Positions 53,175 through 64,000 of a DNA stretch of 64,000 nucleotides are shown here, one piece after another. Source of the DNA: Lama glama (lineage: Eukaryota). The stretch is taken from positions 34,536,001-34,600,000 of the forward strand of contig CM052816.1 of assembly GCA_028534125.1 (NCBI GenBank). The letters are read 5' to 3'. The first letter of the stretch is position 1, and the number at the start of each line of letters is the position of its first letter. Both the position numbers and the translations under genes were made by a program. Below the pieces are notes generated by a model that saw only the letters and a list, made by a program, of their open reading frames with translations, had not been told where the DNA came from and searched no databases.

Positions 53175-55625
53175 AGTGTGAGATACATGTAGGGGCACAG
53201 AGACAGGGCAGTGAAGGCCTTACATATATTTAGCGATTACTCTATGTCAAGTGTCAGGCTAGGAAATCAGGACAGAGTATAACAAGAAACACATGGTCTC
53301 TGTCACTGGCGTTTATTTGGGTGGGAGATTCAAGTAAACGAACAGGGAAGTATTTTGCTGTCACTTACTACCTGTGTAACCTTGGCAAGTTGGTACACCT
53401 TCAACATGAATAATGACACTAACCTTCAAAAGTTATTGTGAGCATTAGATGTTTAGAAAACATTTGGCATGCTGCCTGGTAAACTACAAATTTTATTATT
53501 TCAGTTAAGGGCCCATGTTATAGAATAACAAGAAATGAGATCGAGAGAAATTGAGGATGGCAGAAAAGGGGAAAAGATAATAAAGGTATTCAAAAAATCA
53601 AAAAGGAAGAGCGATGGGTTCACATTAGGAGGACTTGTAAAACACACTGCTAAGTGTATTTATAAATCTACAAGGAATACTATATAATGGAATCACATCA
53701 GACACCCAATTAAATAGCAAGAATTAAACTATACATGATTGGCAGAAAAAAGAGGAGAGAACAATTTAAATAGTACAAGAAGCTTTGCCACCTGATCACT
53801 CATTGAGGAAACAGTTCAGAGTAAATGAGAGTTTTAGAAAAAAAAAATCTGCAGTCCAACAGGCAGTCTCAGATCCCAAGAGCGAGCACCTCCCCTCACT
53901 GAGTGAGTCCATATATAAACAAAGATATATGTTTTTCATCCACATCCCCTAAAATGCAAATGTACTATTTAACTGGTGCTCAAGTGGATAAACAGCAAAA
54001 GGAATTTTCATTAGATGTGATTTTCATCACCATTTGTACTTACTTTATAACTAATTCTTGCTTAAGATGCTACTCTACCTATATGACTCCACTTCATAGA
54101 CACACAAATGAACATGCCCAAGGACACCAGGAGGTCTGCCTCATCCTGCCTGGCTCCAAATCTTTGCAGTTTTCCACAATGTCCAGCCATCCTGAGTTTA
54201 GATTTGAAGGGAAAGGCTGAGATTAAGGAGGAAGATGACGTGAAACATACAAGAGGAAAAGTTAATAAGGCTAATAGGAATGTGTAGGAAAAGATAAAGA
54301 CATTAAGACCAAAGATAGAAACCAAGGGAAACCAAGTCAGAAGCTGACGTGTGGTAACAGCTCATCACAAATTTCCAGGACAATATTGACTTCATACATA
54401 TTATACCGCTGTGCATACTAAATATTGAAGTGTACTGAAAATTTAAACATTTCAGCATCCAAGCTCTACCTCCCACACTATTTCTCACACACAAAAGCAG
54501 CACGTGCACACACACACACACACTCAAAACTTCACCAAATCATGTCCAGACATAAAGCAAAAAGTTCTATTGTCTTAGAAACAGAAAGAAATATGTAACA
54601 ATAAACTAGTGAGAAAGAACATAAGTATGACAAAATTGAATGTTAAGACTGAAGAAAAAAATCTTCAAAGAATATGGTGAAATAGAGAAAAATAATGAAT
54701 AGAAGCATAAGTCAGTCCCTACAGAAGTCTTTGGAAGTACATTCCAAAAAGAACCCTGCAACTTAATTCACTGGGCATTTACTCTGTGCTGTGTACTCAC
54801 ACTAACAAGGATAAACACTGAATCATATTTCCCATCATAATTTTAGCAATTTCCCTTTACCTTGGGGGAAAAATCTCTGTCCCCAGTAAGTAACAAAAGT
54901 TATCACATGAAAGAACAGTAACATTAATGATAATGGTAGCAGTTAATTTGGAGCCATGCAACATGCCTTTAATATTTCACCCTATGAAGTAAACACTTTA
55001 TCCTGATTCTGCCTGGGAAAAAACTTACTCTCAGAGTAAGTAACTGGCCTAAATTTGTCTAACACTGTTGGGATTGGGACTCACACTCATATCTGCTTGA
55101 CACCAAGGCTCTGTTTCTACATTTGAAAGATACAAACTTTCCCATGAGCACTCTGCATTTGCTAACGTAGAGTTTACAGACCTGAAATCATTCTCCTACA
55201 CAACACATAAGAAGTAACTATAATGAACTCTCAGTACCTTACCATAAAAGCTTGCAACTTTTCATCTCCCAAAGCTACAACTTTCCTTCTTGTGTTTACT
55301 CCTGTTTCACACTGTACAAGTACTATCTTTGAATGGCCAATAAATTGATAAAATGAGAACTCAAAATACAATGACATATAAAAGAAATATGTTACTGTTA
55401 AAAGTCAGAGAAAATGTCACAAAAATTTGAGAAGTGGGTTATACTAGATTCTCATTAAAATACTCTGTGCCTACAAGGGCTTATTAAGCTCTAGTGTTTT
55501 TGCTGTTGTTTGTAGGGTTTTTTTTTTTTTTCTGGGTTTGCTCTTTTTTTTTAATCTATTTATTTTTTATTGAAGTACAGTTGATTTACAATGAACCTCT
55601 AGGTTTTCTGAAGTGCAAACTTTAC

Positions 55626-55770
55626 CTGGGTCGTTATGGGAATGAGGCACCACAAAGACTTGAAGGGGCTTAGTGTCCCATTCATCAGATTTATAAGTAA
55701 TGTCAAATCCTTGCTTCCAAACTCCACCATCTGGATTGTCAAAAGGAATTAGACTGTAAACATCCAACAT
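55626..55770 (-). CDS. MAN2A1: MAN2A1 exon 3 equivalent, 145 bp; start of GH38 domain with Zn-binding HxD motif
   Basis: [48 protein letters not shown](G). Acceptor atttttag|ATG, donor CAG|gtaaag. Confidence 0.98.
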
Positions 55771-57290
55771 CTAAAAATATAAAGCACACACACACAAAGT
55801 TAAGTTTAGTCATGTACAACCACTATTAATTTAAACGTAATGTTGGAAGTACTTGCTCAAAACTACTCACTGCTGAACTCTGTTTACATATTTTAAAGGA
55901 TAAAACGATTTCTGTAGATATTAAAGAGTTTAAGGCAGAAAACATTTAACCACCATTAAAGGGTTAAAATTCTACTTCATAACTAACTTGATAAACAGTC
56001 CCTTCTCCCTCTGCCTCTAATACAAAATAATTTCATTCAATTCCTCTTCCCCTGCTTTACTTTAATACAATAGAAAATGATAGGAACTGAACATCAAACA
56101 AAATTTTTTTCATTATGATCAAATATTTAGCATTTTCAAACAGTACTGAAATTATTTTTCACTTTTTCTTAATTTTATATTCAGTCTCTCATATTTTAAA
56201 ATCTGTATCTGAATGGAAATGGAGCTACAGCTATTCTTTAATTTAGCCTATGTATGTTTACATTTTTTATTCTAAAAATAAAACTATTAACAGGGTCAAC
56301 TAGGTTTAAAATGGAAGAATCTTTTAAAATTGAGATTTAGCTTTTAAGTGTTCAAATGTTTTCCAAGTTTCCAATGTTGTATTCTTTCTAGATGATAATT
56401 TATTTGGACACAAAAGAAAAAAGTATTACAAAGAAACAAAACCAAACAAACCTAAAAACTTATTTTTCATACTCTCTATAGTACTAAGTGTGACAAAGAA
56501 TATAACACTTCTTTGGTAAAATTTAAATTATCTAAAAAATACATCCTAATTAATCTGTGAGTTACAAAAAAATTTAAAGATAACAAGCAAATTATATAAA
56601 AGTGAATATAAAGTATTTTAAGACAATAACATATCTTTCACTTCAAAATTCATAATTCAGATGAAATGTTCCCAAGGAGGAGAACAAATCCTTGGCAACC
56701 AGCTGGACAAGAGCTGGTCTCTGCTATCCCTTCCAGTTCTTTCTTTGGCTCTGCAGCTCCCAGGTCCCTGCTGCCTCACTCTGCCTGACTTCCATGATTG
56801 CTCTGCAGCTCCTTTCTGTCTGGCTCAGATTTAGATTAAAAAAAAAAAGTTTTATCATTTCCCTTTAAAAAGGTGCTTAATTAAAGCCTAAACAAAGCCA
56901 AGCCTCACAGAAATAGATACCCCTTCAAAGCACAGGATTCTGATCCCACCTGAAGCTGGCCACATACTAGCTGATGAGGCTGGAGGCTCATGGCCTAGCC
57001 AGTGCCACTGTCCCCAGCTTCTGACTTGACCTGTGAGCCTTGGCCTCGAGATCATATTATGTCCCCTGCTAATGAAAACTTCTACTCTGAAGCAAGGCCA
57101 GAGCCAACATTTTTCATCTAACTTTAAAATATTTACCCTTTAGGTCCTATCAGCAAGTTCCAGTTTCCAGTCTAAAGTACAATGTTAAACACAGCTCTCT
57201 GCTACTTTGCAAAACAGAGCAAAGATGAGAGACACATTCAAAGTTTTAGAAAGGTAGAAGTCCTTTCTTCAACTCCACCACCCTCTAGAA

Positions 57291-57563
57291 CAGCACTGTC
57301 CAAGAGAAATATAATGCAAGCTAAATGCATACTTTTAAATTTTCTAGTAAAATGAAATAGGTGAAATTAATTTTGATATTTTATTTAAGCCAATATATTC
57401 AAAATATTACCATCTCAACACATAATCAATAGAAAAATGAGAAAGATATTTTACATTCTTTTTTTCATACTAAATCTTCAATACTTTGTGTGTATATTAG
57501 AGCACATCTCAACACAAACAAGCCACATTTGAGGTGGACAGCAGCTTCCACACGGCAGCACAG
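57291..57563 (+). mobile_element. MER33-like hAT-Charlie MITE with NTCTAGAN-type TSD
   Basis: Starts cagcactgtccaagagaaatataatgcaagc and ends cagcacag. Flanked by ctctagaa (57283-57290) and ttctagaa (57564-57571). Confidence 0.85.
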
Positions 57564-58002
57564 TTCTAGAATATTCCCCCTCCATCTTACAAAGGGATAT
57601 TCAGTAAAAAAGAATCTAACCTTACACTGTGTGAAACCTATAATGTATAACAGATACAAAGTATGAGTAGGGCGTCTCTTGTACTCTCCAAAGGAAGATT
57701 AAAAAAAATCTCTTTGGTTAAATTTAAATCTCTAAACATCTCAACTATTACAGAAAATAAGACCTAAAAAGCATACAGAAAAGGCCACAGTCACAAAGTA
57801 CAAAATAAGAAAATTTAGGAGAAACACAGAATAACAGAATTTTATCACTAAAAAGAACATTAATAATCATGTGACTAATCAAATTACTTTACAAAAATAG
57901 AAACTAGAATCCAGAACTTAGTAACTAAGTTGGAAGAGATACCAGATCAAATCAAAAAAAACAAATCAAAACCCAGTGATTATTCACAAATGTATACATT
58001 AC

Positions 58003-58260
58003 CTGCACATCTGAACTCTGACTTCCACTTCGTGAAGCAAACAGACAGTCTTCAGAGTCAACTGAGAGAGAAAACTGTTTCGACGGCAGGAGAGGTGAGC
58101 CAGCACCTTGGCTGAAATTGCCTTGTGAACTTTTTGGACCATCCTCCACAGACTCACTCAGATTGATGACCGAGTCTCTAATATTTGAGATGATCTCATT
58201 ATTCTCGGCTAGCAAACGTTCCAAATGGTCTATTTTTTCTTGCAACATAGAAAGTTGGCC
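58003..58260 (-). CDS. MAN2A1: MAN2A1 coding exon (human exon 2 equivalent), lumenal stem region, 258 bp, phase 0-0
   Basis: Translates GQLSMLQEKIDHLERLLAENNEIISNIRDSVINLSESVEDGPKSSQGNFSQGAGSPLLPSKQFSLSVDSEDCLFASRSGSQSSDVQ. Acceptor ttattgtag|GGC, donor CAG|gtaatg. Confidence 0.97.
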
Positions 58261-61200
58261 CTACAATAAAAAAGAAAAAGGCAGCTATATGAAACTCTCA
58301 TACAGCTCTGTTGAGACACATGTTTTTTTTTTAAACTACGTGCCTGCCCAAGAGAACAGCCACTCACCCTTCACTTTCCACTTTTATAAGTGGGATCACA
58401 GAAAGGATGAACAGCCGGCAAGGTTAAAATTTACACCAATTTACAGCAGAAAATCTTCTCCATGGCTGCAATCTTTGCTTAATCATATTTTAAAATGTGC
58501 GACAGAAAGACCATAAATATTTGGGGATATATTTCTTATTACCCCAAACCCAGCCCTAAAAGACCTCTGGGTCTCTAAAATCACTAAGTAGAACATCATA
58601 ATCTATTCAGGTATGAAATTTTAAATTTAAGTATAATTGATTCGAGTTCCTTGTAAGAGTGAAAAAAAAGTATGAACTGGAGAAAAGATCATTCCATCTT
58701 AATCAGTAACACTAGTGAATAATCCTAAATAAGAACTATCATCTATAGAAAAACCAGCACTTAATTAGCCACATACGAAAAAGATCGGCATGAACATCCT
58801 CCAAATCACCACACTGTTAAGTCATTTAGATTGCTTCTACTAGACCGTGTGACTTTTAGGTTTTTTCACTGATCCTCACATGAAAAGGTCTGCTGTCTCT
58901 AAACACCACCCTTGCAATCCTGAGTAACAACCTAACTCATGAGAGCAACGACAATCTTAGTCTTGTTCACTCCTATAGCCTAGGTCCCAAATACACAGTA
59001 CTTATATATTTGTCACATGGCCCTCACATTTATTCAACTCAACAGTAATTCTTTAGTGAACACCCACTGTACCAGGCATAATGCTGCACCCTGGAAAGAC
59101 AGATGTGCATTAGATAAAGGTACGAGCACCCAAGGCGACACTGTCGTTTCTGCCACAGCGACAGCAACAGCCTGCTCCACGCCCCCAAAAAGTCCGCACT
59201 AACGTTTAATAAAAGAACTCTATGCACAGTAAACAAACAACTCTGGACACCCAGAAACAAAAATTCTAACACCAGTAAATAACAGAAAGACACGAGGGAG
59301 GAAGGAAGAAGAGAAAACCTAAATGTCTAAATGGTGCATCTAACACCATAGAGTCGTTTTCAGTCGTTAAAAATTTAGAAATACAAAAACTTTAAATGAA
59401 TCAGAAATATTTGGGGAGGTAACTTCAGGAGAAAGTGAAGAAAAAGCAGTTTTAAAGTAGTATTTGTGAAAAAAATAGTATGTAGACATGATCCCCTTTT
59501 GAAAAAAAGTCCACATGGAAGGCTGCAATCAAGATGGTAAAAACTGGTTATGGGTATTTATCTCTTTAGTCTGTTATGAGTGGTGGTTGATTTTGTAATG
59601 GGGAGGCCAAGAGAAAGAAAGATTCTACTCCCAGGTACAGGCCAGTTCAGTAAGAGAGGGAGGAAATTACCTACCAGGAGAAAGCCACTGCAGCAAACTG
59701 TGAGAGCTCACAGCATTCTGAAGGACTAGGGGAGATATTTTGGAATAAGAAAAAAACAAAACAGTAGCCAAAATGAGAAGCGAATCAGCAGGAGGTGAGG
59801 GGGAGAGACGACACTGGGGATGAATACCCAAAGCCTTGACATTGGAGAGACCAGGAGCACCAGATGGCCGTGTACCTCTCAGACCTGAAAGATGCTCTCA
59901 CAGGCCTCTCTTCTCAGACCATGGCTTAGAAACAGCTCCTGGAGGTAAGAACTGTAGTCCTTTAAGGCAACTGTCACCCCTAGGGTGGGGCACCATGTCT
60001 TTACAAGGGAGAACTCTGAAGCCTGTTCATCAGTGTATAGAGAAGCAGGAGGTGCAAGGTCTTAGCAAAGAACTAATCCTGCAAGACAAGCCCCATTTCC
60101 CCTAGAAAAAAGCAAGAAAAAAATACGGATCAGTGCATGACTAGAAATGGCAAAGCAAAGGAACCGTGATGGTCAGTGCGACACTAGCTGAAGAGAAGTC
60201 AGTTGAACCATGCAGACTGCAGGTCAGCAAAGCTGTTGAGCAGCATTATACTACAAATCTTTCTTTACAGGCACACATCGATATTGGTGGAAAGGCCAGA
60301 GGGGACCCCTTGGCATAACCCAAAGTTCACCCAAGGAAATTGAACATACCTGAGACTTGGGTACACAGTGACTAATCTGCATATATTTTCCTAAACAGAC
60401 ATGATCAAACAAAGGCTGCTTGAAATACAGGGAAACCTGTTCTCCACTCATTATCACAACACCACAGACCATGGCTTTTTAAAATCACTTCTGATGAATT
60501 CTGCTGAATATTTCCAACACTAAAGATACAAGCCTACTTCAGTGATGCTTGTAATTTCTACCACAGCAGGTAACAACAGTAAATCAAGTTCCTCTGATTC
60601 CAAGCAGAGTTAGAACATGTTGACTCATCTTGCTGCAGTAAAGCTACACATCTCTATAAAATAAAACCTTAGCTTAGTCTAAAATGCCTGCATCAGAGCT
60701 TTTAAAGATGCCATGTGTTTTATCAATCACTTAGAGTGTGTAAGTTAATACATGGGTGCCCATGTTTCTCCAGATCTTTCTGTACTTTCAGGAAAAGGTA
60801 ATTTTGGAGCCACGGATGCAGCAAAGCTGCCTAGAGCTTAACAAGAACACACTGAAAAAACACACTGACCTGGTCCCATAATCCATGGATGAGAGTACTA
60901 TTCAAAACAAACATTAGGGGCAATGGATGGTTCATGAAAAAGGATCCTGCAGGCATTAAAGATGACTTTCAATCTCATTGTAGCTTTAAAGATACAATTA
61001 ATGATCAGTACCTGGAATTTTGTACTGAATTAATAAGCTCATGGAGGAAATTGTGGCCTAGGGATATGTTAGTATAATGGTCTAATGAAAATCATTTTTT
61101 AAACTCCATTATGCAGTGGAATAAAGTCTCCCACCAAACAGCTGAAATTCTTGAAATATACACACCTCCATAAGCAAACTCTGTACACGCGACAGAGAAA

Positions 61201-61714
61201 AGTGCTATGACCTTAAAAAGATGCACTTGTAGTCCACATTAAAGTAACAGAAATCATAGATAATGTTTCAATTATGCTGACAAGCCAAAGAATACTGATG
61301 GTAATATTAAGACAATTTTCTGTAGGGCAAGAAAATCGCTTGTGAGAAAACCACTGTGTTCTGTGATTTGCTAATCAGTTCTACAGGGAGGTCACAGTGT
61401 TGCACTGCCAAGGAGAGAGGAAGGAGGTCATGATATTTGATTTAGTTGGCTCTTGATGAAAGAGAAAAACTGAGCAAAAATATCACTGCTAGCAAAGACT
61501 TTTGAGAGAAAATTTAGAGCTTACTATAAGCAAACTAGGATCTGTATCCACACAGCCCTATGAACAAAGTCAATGTACATCTACCACTAAATCCAAAAAC
61601 TTATCACATAATTATTTACTCCATACAAGGCACTGGTTGCTGGGGCTCGCATCACCACGATCACTCAAGCATGGCTGAATCTGCACATCAGTCTTCTTTC
61701 CATTTACAACTGAA

Positions 61715-63372
61715 ATAATATGTACCCTCCCCTCTCTCTGCTTCAAAGCCAAACACTTCACTGGTGAGCTCCAAATCCATCTCTCTCAACTGCTCAAAGG
61801 CTGTATTCTTCTAGTTAAACCCTTTCAACACTGTTTCATCAAACTTCCCTTCTAAAATCAACTCATCCTCAATAGTATAATGTAACATATTATATGAGGT
61901 CACAGCAAAAGAAGTGGCCATTCTAGTAAGCCAAAAACAGTCAAATGTCACCAATTTCTTACGACTCAACTTAACATTATTATATCCTACCTAAAAAAAT
62001 ACATCAAACTCCAGTGCTTCCCTTGGTCCCACAATTCCCTTCAAGGGTCCCATCTTCTTCATGGACCTACAGAGATCATCAACATTCTACACATCCCCCT
62101 TCCTTACAAACTCCCATTTCCCCATCTGCCCATTTCAATCAGAATCTGCCTACCACTCCACCAAAACTGCTCCTGAAAAGCCCTGACCGGCTACCATGTC
62201 ACCAAGCCTGATCAGCACACACTGTCCTCGCCTTCCTCATCATCTCTAGGAGCACTTGGAACGGTGGACTACTCCTTCTGCCTTGAAACATCTCCTTTAC
62301 TCGCTTCCAACACAACATGCTCTTGGTTTTCCTTCTGCCGATTGTTTATCAGTCTCCTTCTCTGCCCAGTATTTAAATGATGGAGGCTCTCAAGGTTAGC
62401 TCCTGAGACTCCCACCTTCTCTGTACTGTCTTAAATTACCTCCTCCACTCCTTGGTTTCACTTCCATTTTCTGGACTGATGTCTCCCATATTTACATCTC
62501 CAACTGAAAACTCTCCTCTGAAAAACAGACTCATATATACAAATGATTACCTGACTTCTCAACTTGGATTCCAAACTTAAGTCCAAAAGATTATGTTCCC
62601 TCAAAAGCCATCTTAAAGGCCTCGGGTCTTTAGTAAGTAGCTTTAATCTCCACCTGGTTGGCCACTTCCAAAATCTTGGTGGCATAACTGATTTCTCCTC
62701 CTTCCTCACCCTGCTCACACATCCAACCTACCTACAACTCTTTCGTCCCTCCTCCAAAATACTTGTCAATCGGTCTCCCTCTCTCCTTCTCAAATGATAC
62801 CGCTGTGGTCCAAGCCACCAACAATCTCTCCTAGTCTAGTACAGCAGCCTCTTAATTGATTTCCCACATCCTTCAACCATGCCCTACTCAGACGCAATAC
62901 CTTTATTACAATCCAGAGCTAGTTTCTCATCATACATTAAAAAAAAAATTAGAACACCCTAACTGGACTCAGTAAGGACCTGCATATCTATCTCTCTACC
63001 CCCATCTTTCTCTCCTCCAACTGAGCTCCACCCTGATCTCATCTCAGTTCCAAACCAGCTCCTCCCACCTCATCTCAAGACCCTGGTGTATGTTCTCTAT
63101 TTATACAGTGCTTCCCCTCTCACCCCAAATGTCCCCTCTGCAGAGACTTCCCCAGCTAATCTATCTAAAATATGCCTCCTCGTGCTATACTCTTGTGTCA
63201 GCTTATTTTGTTTCTTCCACAGCATTTTCACCTGCTATATTCATGAATTATGTCCCCATCTTCATCACTAAATCTCTGTATTCAGAACAGGCACCACAGC
63301 TGTTTTACTCCCCACTGTACCCTGATGCCTAGCACGATGCCTGGCACACAACAGGACTGCAAATATTTATTT
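61715..63372 (+). mobile_element. Long L2 (L2a/b-like) ORF2 remnant through 3' tail
   Basis: Pyrimidine-rich L2 motifs (ccactccaccaaaactgctc, tccttctgccttgaaaca, gtccaagccacca, cagcctcttaattg) ending gcctagcacgatgcctggcacaca...aaatatttatt. Confidence 0.8.
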
Positions 63373-64000
63373 TAAAAAAAAAGGAAAGAAAACAAGATGC
63401 AACAATTTTTCTAAGACAAGGAGTATTAAATGTCATTTTTTGGCACATAAACTTACACCAAAAATAATACAATTAAAAATAAAATTAACAATTTTTAAAG
63501 AGAGAAAATAGAGAAAAAAACTTCACTATAACCAAAAAACTCGGTAATAAAAGAATGAGAAAATCCTAGATAATAAGATGAGCTTCATGGACTGTTTGGG
63601 AAATGATATCGAAACTGACTTATGTTTGGCCACAGGGTGATAATCATGACCTCATGAGTAAAAGATGTGGCTCCTTTCCTAGGACAAAGATTATGGATTC
63701 TGTACATTCCAATCAAATGTTTTCAGATTTCACTACCTTCAGCAACCATGGCTCAATGGGCTATGATTTTTCAACTGATGTTGGGGATAGAAGGAGTTTG
63801 GGGGAAAAAAAAAACAACCCTGAGACAATTCTAGAATCCTTCCTACCATGGTAGTGATATAAGATCTTCATTCAACTAAATCAAGTTTCTAATTAAGAGA
63901 ACTGCAGAGGAAATACTATAACATGTTTATAATATAACCCCCATTGACAGTGTTCAAAACAAACAAAACTTCTCCCCAACATGTGTGTGAGTATATCTGA

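Noticed and set aside
1..64000. Novel multi-gene, CRISPR, defence or operon system; tRNA, rRNA or snoRNA genes; processed pseudogenes
   Set aside because: The sequence is a eukaryotic intron-rich locus explained by MAN2A1 and known repeat classes. I could not recognise any such element, although small ncRNAs cannot be excluded without a covariance-model search.

Overview
This is mammalian genomic DNA, not prokaryotic. The window covers part of MAN2A1 (Golgi alpha-mannosidase II, GH38) on the minus strand. Eight complete coding exons (equivalent to human exons 2-9) and most of exon 10 are present, all with canonical AG/GT boundaries and compatible phases; exon 1 lies beyond base 64000. The ORF track misses exons 6, 9 and 10, which I translated by hand. 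The introns contain interspersed repeats: L1s (almost all antisense to the gene), L2, MIR, MaLR/ERV LTRs, hAT MITEs and Tigger elements, including a near-full-length dead Tigger1. There are two 500-N assembly gaps. I saw no Alu, B1/B2, Bov-tA, PRE-1 or Can-SINE. That absence and the young L1 3'UTR suggest a camelid-like cetartiodactyl (inference). I found no evidence for a new multi-gene system. The most unusual item is an L1 bounded by a perfect 17-bp target-site duplication, in which a ~56-nt CpG-rich, YY1-motif head is joined directly to the distal part of ORF2. It may be a spliced or internally deleted L1, a template-switch chimera, or a gap artefact. Repeat family names and human comparisons come from recalled consensus sequences, not database searches. 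Boundaries of old repeats are approximate.
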